Below, piece after piece: positions 49,072-57,644 of a DNA stretch of 64,000 bases. Where the stretch lies: contig OZ244057.1 in assembly GCA_965215515.1 (NCBI GenBank), positions 1,280,001 to 1,344,000 of the forward strand, read 5' to 3'. The notes below the pieces were generated by a model, which worked only from the letters and a program-made list of their open reading frames with translations, ran no database searches and had not been told where the DNA came from. The position numbers and the translations under genes are program-made. The stretch comes from Oligoflexales bacterium (GTDB taxonomy: Bacteria > Bdellovibrionota_B > Oligoflexia > Oligoflexales > JAPPIL01). How positions within the stretch are numbered: position 1 is the first letter of the stretch; each line of letters begins with the position of its first letter.

Positions 49072-50493
49072 CTACAGATGCCCGCTTCCCGCACATCCTC
49101 CACCAACCCCGCACTCCCCTGTGTGACCGAGATCGCTGATCTGCCATCCCTTTTCGACCAGAGACTGTCGCGCTACTGCGGCACTGCTATCGTAGTACGA
49201 GTAGCCACCATCAAAATTCACCCCGCGCTGTCGGGTGGTAACAGCAATACGTACCAGTAAAGCACTGTAGACCGCCACGGGGAGAGAGACTCCGTCGAAC
49301 ATTCCGTCCATGCTTTCGACGTTGCCGAAATCCCAACGCGACAAACCGCGGGGTGGGTAGGTCATGCCCGCAAACATCTCTTGCATATTACGCACCTTTG
49401 CGATGTTCCAAGCCGAGACATCGGGGTGCGCGTGGTCGCTACGATAAAACATCGCCTCCAAGGAAAGAACACTGCTTGTGTCCCACGCACTGACATCGGG
49501 ACTGGCTTGTCCTGTATTCTGAAACATCGCCGTCATGTGGCGTACTTGCGCGGTGTCCCAGGCACTGACATCGGGGTTCGCGGCCTGCGCACCATCGAAC
49601 ATGTACGACATGTCGGTCACCTGTGCCGTGTTCCACCGTGAGACATCGGGAGTCGCGACACGCGTTTGCGCAAACATGTGTGACATATCGGTTACCTGTG
49701 CCGTGTTCCACCGTGAGACATCGGGATCCGCGTGTAGTGCCCCTTCAAACATATCTCGCATGGTACGTACCTGCGCCGTGTTCCACCGTGAGACATCGGG
49801 GTTAGCCAACACCGCACCGCAAAACATGTGTCTCATGTTGCTCACCTGTGCCGTGTCCCACGCGCTAACGTCGGGGTCAGCCACGGATGCTTGTTGAAAC
49901 ATGCCCGCCAGAGTACGCACCCGCGCCGTGTCCCATCGGGAGACATCGGGGTTAGCGAGCAGCGCGTGGAAGAACATGGAGGACATGTCGGTAACCTGCC
50001 CCGTATCCCAGTTGCCGACTTCAGGCGTGACGTTGATCGCCGAGGCAAACATGTCCGCCATCGTCGTCACCGCCGCGGTATCACCGTCGCCGACGTAGCC
50101 GAGCAGATGACAACCAGCGAAAGCTGAACGCAAGTCCCGCCATCCCACCTCTCCGAGCTGGGGGACGGCAACAAGTCCACAGTGTTCCGCCTCCCACCAC
50201 GCGACACTGCTGCGTAAGGCGGACAGGAGACCGTGCATCACCACCGTGTATGTGCCTGGCTGGTCGTAAGTATGGGCGGTGGCCTCGTCGGCGGCCGCGG
50301 TGATGGCCGAGGCCGTGCCGTCACCCCAGTCAACGGTAAAGTCATAGGTAAACCCGTGCGGCAAGATCAGCTCTAGTGTTCTACGGTCGCCGATTTCCCA
50401 CACCGAGATGAACGGAGCTGCGCCGTTACTCAACACCACACCGTCGCTGCCTGTGCAGGCCAGCGTGAACGAAAAAAACAGCAGTGCCCGCAC
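49072..50493 (-). CDS. DUF285/BspA-like repeat surface lipoprotein with PKD-like N-domain
   Basis: Lipobox TLAC; VDWGDG..HTY..PGTYTV; about 11 25-aa W(D/N)T..V..M..MF repeats. Confidence 0.88.
   Translation of the reverse strand: MRALLFFSFTLACTGSDGVVLSNGAAPFISVWEIGDRRTLELILPHGFTYDFTVDWGDGTASAITAAADEATAHTYDQPGTYTVVMHGLLSALRSSVAWWEAEHCGLVAVPQLGEVGWRDLRSAFAGCHLLGYVGDGDTAAVTTMADMFASAINVTPEVGNWDTGQVTDMSSMFFHALLANPDVSRWDTARVRTLAGMFQQASVADPDVSAWDTAQVSNMRHMFCGAVLANPDVSRWNTAQVRTMRDMFEGALHADPDVSRWNTAQVTDMSHMFAQTRVATPDVSRWNTAQVTDMSYMFDGAQAANPDVSAWDTAQVRHMTAMFQNTGQASPDVSAWDTSSVLSLEAMFYRSDHAHPDVSAWNIAKVRNMQEMFAGMTYPPRGLSRWDFGNVESMDGMFDGVSLPVAVYSALLVRIAVTTRQRGVNFDGGYSYYDSSAAVARQSLVEKGWQISDLGHTGECGVGGGCAGSGHL
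49292..50085 (-). repeat. 75-bp coding tandem repeats (about 11 units)
   Basis: cctgtgccgtgttccaccgtgagacatcggg and variants recur at 75-bp spacing. Confidence 0.85.
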
Positions 50494-50639
50494 CCCTTAC
50501 CCCCCATCGCTAAAATTTTGGCGGTAAATCTCCAACTGGGGGCGATGCTAGCACAGGCAGAGAGCAAACCAAAGTGAAAACAACTTAGCGATCGAGTTGT
50601 AATGCGATAAGAGTACGCGCCCTACACATGTGAGAGAGG

Positions 50640-51365
50640 GTGATGGATAGCATCGAGTTGCAGGATATCAGCGTTGCCTGCGTGGTAGGTACGAGACCCG
50701 ACGAACGCTTACGCACTCAGGAGGTGCGCGTGTCGCTCGCGGCGTATGGTGATGTACGCAAAGCCGCGTCCAGCTGCCGTTTGCGCGATACCCTCGACTA
50801 CGCCGCACTATACGCCGCGGTGCGCTTCATCCTCGGCACGTCCCGCTTCTCACTGCTAGAAACCGCCGCCGAAGCTATCGCTCGCTACCTGCTCAGCAGC
50901 AATCCTGAAACAGTGCAGGAAGCGACCGTCAGCATCGTTAAACCCCGCATCATGCCCGCACCAACCCTACCTCGCATCACCCTGACCCGCAGCGCGGACA
51001 GTATTTTTGTTATCGAACACCGCACCGCCTTCGGAGCGGTCGCGGTCGTGCAGGAAAACCGCACCTCAGGTATCTATCTGCTAACCCTCGCCGCCCACCA
51101 GAGCATCGCACCACACTGTCTCGATAACGGCAGTGAGCACACGATGACCCTTGCGGCAGGGCTTAACCTACAGGGGAAGTCCGTGCCCGCCTGCTACGCG
51201 GTCAGCTGGCCTGCCCACACTCCCCGCCGCTGGCAAAACACCACCGCACACCCACAACAGATCCTGTGCATCAACCGCCCTGCCTACAACCCTGCAGCTG
51301 TTAAACAACACCCCGCCACCACTGCCTTGCCCGCAGTCGAAGGCGAAATGCTCTACCCATACTGA
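50640..51365 (+). CDS. folB: Dihydroneopterin aldolase with C-terminal cupin-like domain
   Basis: CVVGTRPDER, LRDTLDY, FSLLET, IVKP; extra ~120-aa beta-rich domain. Confidence 0.8.
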   Translation: MMDSIELQDISVACVVGTRPDERLRTQEVRVSLAAYGDVRKAASSCRLRDTLDYAALYAAVRFILGTSRFSLLETAAEAIARYLLSSNPETVQEATVSIVKPRIMPAPTLPRITLTRSADSIFVIEHRTAFGAVAVVQENRTSGIYLLTLAAHQSIAPHCLDNGSEHTMTLAAGLNLQGKSVPACYAVSWPAHTPRRWQNTTAHPQQILCINRPAYNPAAVKQHPATTALPAVEGEMLYPY

Positions 51366-51367
51366 CC

Positions 51368-51775
51368 ATGCATCTCCCGACCCTCAACGCCCTCCTTAAT
51401 GCCACCGCCCTGCTTTTCCTCCTGCTGGGACGTATCGCCATCGCCCGTGACCGCCAACTTTTGCACCGAAACCTCATGCTGTGTGCCTTTGCTTTCTCCA
51501 CCGCCTTCCTTGTCAGCTATCTCATCTATCACTACAGCAGTACACAAATGACCACCTTCGGAGGACAAGGCTGGCTACGCATTTTTTACTACAGCATCTT
51601 GTTCACACACATCCCCCTCGCCACCATCGTCGTGCCCGCAGCCGTCGCGGCACTCTACTACGCGTGGCGAAGACAATTCGCTCGCCATCGCCGTCTCGTG
51701 CGCTGGCTATGGCCTGTATGGGTGTACGTCTCGTTAAGCGGCGTAGTTATCTACCTGCTGCTGTACGTTTTCTAG
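51368..51775 (+). CDS. DUF420-family membrane protein
   Basis: LPTLNALLN, HRNLM, FLVSYLIYH, ILFTHI.LA, WVYVSLSGV. Confidence 0.9.
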   Translation: MHLPTLNALLNATALLFLLLGRIAIARDRQLLHRNLMLCAFAFSTAFLVSYLIYHYSSTQMTTFGGQGWLRIFYYSILFTHIPLATIVVPAAVAALYYAWRRQFARHRRLVRWLWPVWVYVSLSGVVIYLLLYVF

Positions 51776-51888
51776 TGAACACGAACAAGCCTGGGTAACA
51801 CATCCGACGGCGGGTAATGAGAGAGTGCCCCGCTTGAGTCAGCGTTGCGCCTGTGATAAGGGGCGGGGGTGCAGAAGAAGGACAGCAG

Positions 51889-54800
51889 ATGCAGAAAGCA
51901 GGCTGGTCGTTTTGGGTCGATCGCGGCGGCACGTTTACCGATTTTGTCGCTCTCTCCCCGCAGGGGCAGGTGCATGTGCACAAGATGCTGTCGGCGCAAC
52001 ACGGTGACCGCGATGTGGTGGCGGCAGGCATGCAAGCCATCAGCGGCGACGTGCGCTGCCACGAACTGCGGGTGGGCACAACTCTGGCCACCAACGCCCT
52101 ACTAGAAGGGCGGGGAGCGCGCTGTGCGCTGCTCGTCACCCAGGGCTGGCGTGATGTGCTGAAAATCAGATACCAGAACCGCCCCGACATCTACAGCCTG
52201 TCACCGCACAAGACAAAACCGCTCTACACAGAAGTTGCAGAGATCACGGAACGCATCACCGCACGAGGCGACGTGCTCACCCCGTTACCCCGCGTTGAGG
52301 TACACACCGTGTTGGCACGCTGGCGTGCACAAGGGATAGCCGTGCTGGCGGTGAGTTTCCTGCACGCCTACCGCAACCCACGGCACGAATTGGTGGTGGC
52401 GGAAGTGGCGCGGGCACTCGGTTTCACCCACATCGCCTTAAGCCACCAAGTGTCGCCACGCATTCGCTATATCGCCCGCACCGAGACGACGACGATCGCC
52501 GCGAGCCTGACACCCTGTTTGCAACGTTACGCACAACAGTTGCAGGAAACGATATGCGCGGATGAACTGCTGTTCATGCAGTCGTGGGGTGGTTTGCGCC
52601 CCGCACAAGATTTGCACGGACATACCGCCTTGCTCTCAGGCCCCGCAGGCGGTGTCGTCGGGGCTGCCAAAATTTGCGCGGCATACGGTATCGAACACGC
52701 GATAACCTTCGACATGGGAGGGACATCGACCGACATCGCACTCTATGACGGAGATTACCGTCTGCGCCACGAAGGATTGTTGCAGGGTTTTCTGCTACAA
52801 ACGCCGCGTCTCGCAATCCACACCGTCGCCGCAGGCGGTGGCTCGCTGCTAACCTGCGACCGCGCACGACAACTGGTCGGCCCTGCTTCTGCAGGTGCAG
52901 TGCCAGGCCCGATTTGCTACGGCAAAGGAGGAGAGTGCCTGACAGTGACCGACGCTAATCTGCTGCTGGGACGTATCCAAGCCGCGTTCTTTCCCCTCGT
53001 CTGTGGCACAACCCACGACCAACGCCTCGATCTGGCCGCAGTACAGCAAGCCTTTGCCCGCGCCGCGCAAACACAGGCATGCGACCCCTATCAGTTGGCG
53101 CAAGGGTTCGTAGACATTGCCGTGGAAAAAATGGCGTTAGCCGTGCGACAGGTGTGTATCGAAAGCGGCTACGACGGGCGACAATTTACCCTCTTCTGTT
53201 TCGGCGGTGCGGGGGCACAGCTGATCTGTGCGGTAGCCGATCACCTGAGCATCAGCAGGATAATCGTGCCCCCGCTCGCCAGCGTTTTGTCCGCCCTCGG
53301 TATCGGCTTGGCCGAGAAAAGCGAGCGCCGCACCCAACGCGTGCACCGCAGTTTGAGCAAACTCACGGCTGACGAACTCGGCGACATGTGCCGAGCACTG
53401 ACAGACCAGATAACACTGCCCGCGGGAAACAGACACGATACCTTTACGCTGGAAATACGCTGCCACGACAGCGACCACCTTATCGACATCAAAGAGACAC
53501 AACACGACAGCATCAGCCCCACGTTTCACCGCAGCTACCGCCAGCTGTTTGGAGTTGCAGCACGGGGCGATTTGCTGATCGAAAACATCTCCCTGGAAGC
53601 GAGACAACCGCGTCCTTACCCCACACAGCTCGGCGTTGCCCGCGGCGAGGCGAGGGAGAAAGAAAACACCGAGGTGCAGCTTTACTTGCCTGCGCAAGGC
53701 ATGACCGCCGTGCCTCTTCTCAGTTCCGCCGCGGCAGGGGACGGCGATACCGTCACGGGACCAGCCTTGGTCGCGGATAAACACACGACGATTGTCATCG
53801 ACGCGGGCTGGCAAGGCACGTTCTCTACCGCCCGCGGCTGGACGTTGACCCGTGCGAAGCGCCGCCAGCAATCCACCGCCCAGCTGACGACCACCGCGCT
53901 GGAAGTCTTCTACCAGAGGATGCACGCCATCGCGGTGGAGATGGGTTTCGTGCTCAAACACGCAGGCCACTCGGTAGCCATCAAAGAACGCTGCGACTAC
54001 TCCTGTGCAATTTTTACCGCCTGCGGCGAGCTGTTGAGCAGCGCACCGCATATTCCCGTCCATCTCGGCTCGATGGGTGAATGCGTGCGACATCTGGTCG
54101 CCCAGGGGTACACCATAGAGGACGGCGATGCTTGGGTTACCAACCACCCTCGGCAGGGCGGCACGCACTTGCCCGACATTACCGTCATTACCCCTGTCTT
54201 CGTCGCCCAGCAGCTGGCGTTTTTTGTCGCCAGTCGCGGTCATCACGGTGATGTCGGAGGCATCGCCCCCAGCTCTATGCCGAGCAACAGCAAAACACTG
54301 GCCGAAGATGGCGTGGTCATTCCGCTGCGCAAAATCGTCGCCGCACACATGTTTCTGGAACAGGAGATCGCCGCGCTGCTGCAGCAACCACCCTATCCCG
54401 TGCGCAACCTAAACCAGAATCTGCACGACCTACGTGCCCAACTCGCCGCCAACACCCGCGGACAACAAGGGTTGGTAAAGCTAGCCGTCGAGCTAGGATT
54501 ATCCCAGTCCTTGTCTCTTGCGGAAAAACTGCTGCACTATACAGCGACGAAGGTACAGCAGTTATTGAGCACACTCCCCGCCCAGCGAGCGACGGTAACG
54601 ATGGACAGACAACGCTGGCTGACGGTGGCATTCAGTAAGCTCGCCGCACAACGTTTTCGGCTCGACTTTAGCGGCAGCTGCCCTGCCGACGCGGGCAACT
54701 TTAACACGCCCCCCGCGGTGGTGAAATCTGCCTGCCTGTACATTTTACGCTGTCTGCTCGCCGACGATGTGCCGCTCAACGATGGCTTGGGGCGCGCTCT

Positions 54801-55407
54801 GGAATACATTCTGCCCCCTCGCAGTATCGTCAATCCTCCCCCCGACGCGGCTGTGGTTGCGGGCAACGTCGAAACCAGCCAAGCACTGTGCGATCTGCTG
54901 TGCGAGGTATTCGGGGTATGTGCCCACGCACAAGGGACGATGAACAACTTCAGCATGGGCAACGCCGACTTCCAGTACTATGAAACCATCGGCGGAGGTG
55001 GTGGAGCTAACCGCGAGCAGCACGGACGCGATGCCAGCCAAGTGCATATGACCAACTCGTGCATCACCGACCCAGAGGTTATCGAGTTGCTCTATCCATT
55101 GCGGGTGCTCAGCAACACCATACGGCACGGCAGCGGAGGACAAGGGCAGCGACGGGGCGGCGATGGTATCGTGCGTTGTTTTGAGTTTTTGCAGGAAATG
55201 GAGGTCAACATCCTTTCGCAGCGCCGTACCACACAACCACAAGGCTTGGAGGGCGGGCAGGCAGGCGAGGCTGGATACAACCGCCTGTTGCGAGCCGACG
55301 GACGCACGGAGGAACTGGCGGGCGTAGCCACCTGTCGAGTACGGCGGGGCGATCGCATCGTCATCGCCACCCCAGGCGGTGGCGGCTACGGGCAGATCAA
55401 CCGCTGA
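51889..55407 (+). CDS. Fused hydantoinase A/B-type 5-oxoprolinase
   Basis: VDRGGTFTD, LSGPAGG, DMGGTSTD, HIPVHLGSM, GGTHLPD, QGTMNN, TPGGGGYG. Confidence 0.93.
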   Translation: MQKAGWSFWVDRGGTFTDFVALSPQGQVHVHKMLSAQHGDRDVVAAGMQAISGDVRCHELRVGTTLATNALLEGRGARCALLVTQGWRDVLKIRYQNRPDIYSLSPHKTKPLYTEVAEITERITARGDVLTPLPRVEVHTVLARWRAQGIAVLAVSFLHAYRNPRHELVVAEVARALGFTHIALSHQVSPRIRYIARTETTTIAASLTPCLQRYAQQLQETICADELLFMQSWGGLRPAQDLHGHTALLSGPAGGVVGAAKICAAYGIEHAITFDMGGTSTDIALYDGDYRLRHEGLLQGFLLQTPRLAIHTVAAGGGSLLTCDRARQLVGPASAGAVPGPICYGKGGECLTVTDANLLLGRIQAAFFPLVCGTTHDQRLDLAAVQQAFARAAQTQACDPYQLAQGFVDIAVEKMALAVRQVCIESGYDGRQFTLFCFGGAGAQLICAVADHLSISRIIVPPLASVLSALGIGLAEKSERRTQRVHRSLSKLTADELGDMCRALTDQITLPAGNRHDTFTLEIRCHDSDHLIDIKETQHDSISPTFHRSYRQLFGVAARGDLLIENISLEARQPRPYPTQLGVARGEAREKENTEVQLYLPAQGMTAVPLLSSAAAGDGDTVTGPALVADKHTTIVIDAGWQGTFSTARGWTLTRAKRRQQSTAQLTTTALEVFYQRMHAIAVEMGFVLKHAGHSVAIKERCDYSCAIFTACGELLSSAPHIPVHLGSMGECVRHLVAQGYTIEDGDAWVTNHPRQGGTHLPDITVITPVFVAQQLAFFVASRGHHGDVGGIAPSSMPSNSKTLAEDGVVIPLRKIVAAHMFLEQEIAALLQQPPYPVRNLNQNLHDLRAQLAANTRGQQGLVKLAVELGLSQSLSLAEKLLHYTATKVQQLLSTLPAQRATVTMDRQRWLTVAFSKLAAQRFRLDFSGSCPADAGNFNTPPAVVKSACLYILRCLLADDVPLNDGLGRALEYILPPRSIVNPPPDAAVVAGNVETSQALCDLLCEVFGVCAHAQGTMNNFSMGNADFQYYETIGGGGGANREQHGRDASQVHMTNSCITDPEVIELLYPLRVLSNTIRHGSGGQGQRRGGDGIVRCFEFLQEMEVNILSQRRTTQPQGLEGGQAGEAGYNRLLRADGRTEELAGVATCRVRRGDRIVIATPGGGGYGQINR

Positions 55408-55573
55408 GACGCGACGACGAAGAAATCATCCGCAACCAACGGGCAAGGTCGCCATCGGGGGTCGAAGCACCCGATGTGAAAACCAAACCGAGCACATAGA
55501 GCATGACAAGGAGCACGAAGGCTCCGAAGATCGCGCGGTAGTTGTTTTTGAGAAAAGTAGCAAAGAAACCCAT
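55397..55573 (-). CDS. Small single-TM protein (58 aa, below ORF-track cutoff)
   Basis: MGFFATFLKNNYRAIFGAFVLLVMLYVLGLVFTSGASTPDGDLARWLRMISSSSRLSG; fills an otherwise empty gap. Confidence 0.5.
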   Translation of the reverse strand: MGFFATFLKNNYRAIFGAFVLLVMLYVLGLVFTSGASTPDGDLARWLRMISSSSRLSG

Positions 55574-55683
55574 ACCAGCCTGAAGCCTACCTGTGAAAAC
55601 AGAGAAAGTAAAGCTTTTTTCCTCGCAACGTGTTGTGCTACCCTGAGGCGGGTTATCTTTGAAATTCTAGAGGGTCACACTGT

Positions 55684-56544
55684 ATGCAGGTCAGCCGCAA
55701 ACAGTTTCGGGGCTATTGTCAGCAGCAGGCGTTTACGTTTGCGGAGCGGGAGATCGAGTGTGGCTGGCGTTGTGATGTCGCGCACCGCGGCGAGCGGATT
55801 AATGTCAACTTCTACCTGACGGGCAAGGTGTTGATACAGGGCAAAGCCTGTGATCTGAAGACGAAAGTGGAAAAATTCTTCCACACCTCTCCCCCGCCCG
55901 CCCCTGTATCCTCGTCGCAGCAACGTTTTCAGCACATCGAGCACAGCGGAGTCGATGAGTCGGGTAAAGGCGATTATTTTGGCCCGCTGGCCATCAGCGG
56001 TGTGTACCTTCAGCGTGTTCAGCTCGCACAGGTGCGGAGATGGGGCGTACGGGATTCTAAACAACTGCGTACGCAGGAAATTATCAAACTAGCGGAACGT
56101 ATCGAGCGGGAGTGTGTGCACCGTTCGCTGGTTTTTGCCCCGCCGCTTTACAATCAGCGCTACCAACAATTTAAAAATTTAAACAAACTGCTCGCCCAAG
56201 CGCATGCCAAAGTCATCATGGACTTGGTCGAGGCGACCGACTGCGCACAGGTCATCTCAGATAAATTCGCCGCGGCGCACCTCATTCCTTCGTATTTCGA
56301 CAGTTCCGCACATATCGCCCTGACTCAGGTGACTCGTGCCGAACGTTACCCCGCGGTGGCCTGTGCCTCCATCCTCGCCCGTGCTAATTTTCTGCGTGGA
56401 CTCGCCGCACTGTCACGACAACACGGGATAGTTTTTCTGCGCGGGGCAACAGGGAAAGTAAAAAGACAAGCTCGCACCTTCGCTCAACGACACGGCGAAG
56501 CACGTCTGGCAGAAGTTGCCAAAACACACTTCAAAATGTTTTAA
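55684..56544 (+). CDS. rnhC: Ribonuclease HIII
   Basis: N-domain FYLTGKVLIQG; GVDESGKGDYFGPL, VRDSK, VACASILAR, AKTHFK. Confidence 0.9.
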   Translation: MQVSRKQFRGYCQQQAFTFAEREIECGWRCDVAHRGERINVNFYLTGKVLIQGKACDLKTKVEKFFHTSPPPAPVSSSQQRFQHIEHSGVDESGKGDYFGPLAISGVYLQRVQLAQVRRWGVRDSKQLRTQEIIKLAERIERECVHRSLVFAPPLYNQRYQQFKNLNKLLAQAHAKVIMDLVEATDCAQVISDKFAAAHLIPSYFDSSAHIALTQVTRAERYPAVACASILARANFLRGLAALSRQHGIVFLRGATGKVKRQARTFAQRHGEARLAEVAKTHFKMF

Positions 56545-56556
56545 GAGGGCATCTAT

Positions 56557-57495
56557 GTGATGAAGCGTGACATGATTTTGCTGAGTGGCAATGCTAACCG
56601 CCCGCTGGCGGAAAAAATTGCTGACTATCTCGGCATCCCGCTTGCAAATGCTTTGGTGGGGCAGCATTGTGATGGCGAGACGAGGGTAGAGCTGCGCACC
56701 AACGTGCGCGGTGCCGATGTTTTTATCGTGCAACCGACCTGTCCACCTGTCAACCACCATATCATGGAGGCGGCTATCGTGGCCGATGCCTGTCGGCGTG
56801 CCTCGGCAGACTGTGTTACACTGGTCGCGCCCTACTTCGGCTACGCGCGGCAGGAGCGGAAGAATACCTCTCGTACCCCGATTACTGCTAAGTTGATCGC
56901 TGACCTGATCGAGGTGGCAGGCGTTAAGCGGGTGTTGACGCTGGAACTGCATGCCGCCGCGATACAGGGTTTTTTCAACATTCCCGTCGATCACTTGTTC
57001 ATCAAACCAGTGTTTGCACAACATTATCGTGCATGTCGTAATCTAACCGTAGTTTCACCCGATGCGGGAGGGGTGGAGCGAGCGCGGGCGATGGCCAAAC
57101 TGCTCGCGTGTGAGTTGGCGATTCTCGATAAACGGCGAGAAAATCCTAACGACAGCACCATCATGAGTATCGTCGGCAATGTTACTGGCAAGGACTGTTT
57201 GATTATCGATGATATTTGCGATACGGGCGGCTCGCTGCTCAGTGCGACCACCGCGCTGTTCGACAACGGCGCACAATCAGTACGAGCCGCCGTGACTCAT
57301 GCAGTGTTGAGCGGCGATGCGGTTACCAGACTATCAGCCTCCCGCCTACAGGAATTGCTGGTATCGGATTCGATCTGCTTGTCTCCCACCGCGACTAGCG
57401 AAAAAAAGTTTGTCACCCGTTCGGTGGTCGAGTTGCTAGGCAAAGCGATCCGCTGTATTCATGACTCCGCCTCGATGAGCGAGCTCTTCATCTAG
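56557..57495 (+). CDS. prs: Ribose-phosphate pyrophosphokinase
   Basis: PYFGYARQ, LHAAAIQGFF, VSPDAGG, IIDDICDTGG. Confidence 0.97.
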   Translation: MMKRDMILLSGNANRPLAEKIADYLGIPLANALVGQHCDGETRVELRTNVRGADVFIVQPTCPPVNHHIMEAAIVADACRRASADCVTLVAPYFGYARQERKNTSRTPITAKLIADLIEVAGVKRVLTLELHAAAIQGFFNIPVDHLFIKPVFAQHYRACRNLTVVSPDAGGVERARAMAKLLACELAILDKRRENPNDSTIMSIVGNVTGKDCLIIDDICDTGGSLLSATTALFDNGAQSVRAAVTHAVLSGDAVTRLSASRLQELLVSDSICLSPTATSEKKFVTRSVVELLGKAIRCIHDSASMSELFI

Positions 57496-57644
57496 AACTC
57501 ATAAAATTCGCCGCGTTGCTTTTTCGACAAAGATCGGCTAGACTCGAAGGTGATCCTGTTGTAAGCGGTGGTCTCTTTTCGGAATGGGTTTGCGCTGCGT
57601 GTGTTGCCCGCCGCGATTGCCGCGTTTGCTAGAAGGAGGGTGTC

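Noticed and set aside
49292..50085. Regularly spaced repeats resembling a CRISPR array
   Set aside because: The period is 75 bp and in frame within a protein, intervening sequences are homologous, and no cas genes are present
53137..54387. Long antisense ORFs (416 aa here; also 15420-16175 and 12406-13071)
   Set aside because: Shadow frames opposite well-supported genes in GC-rich coding DNA
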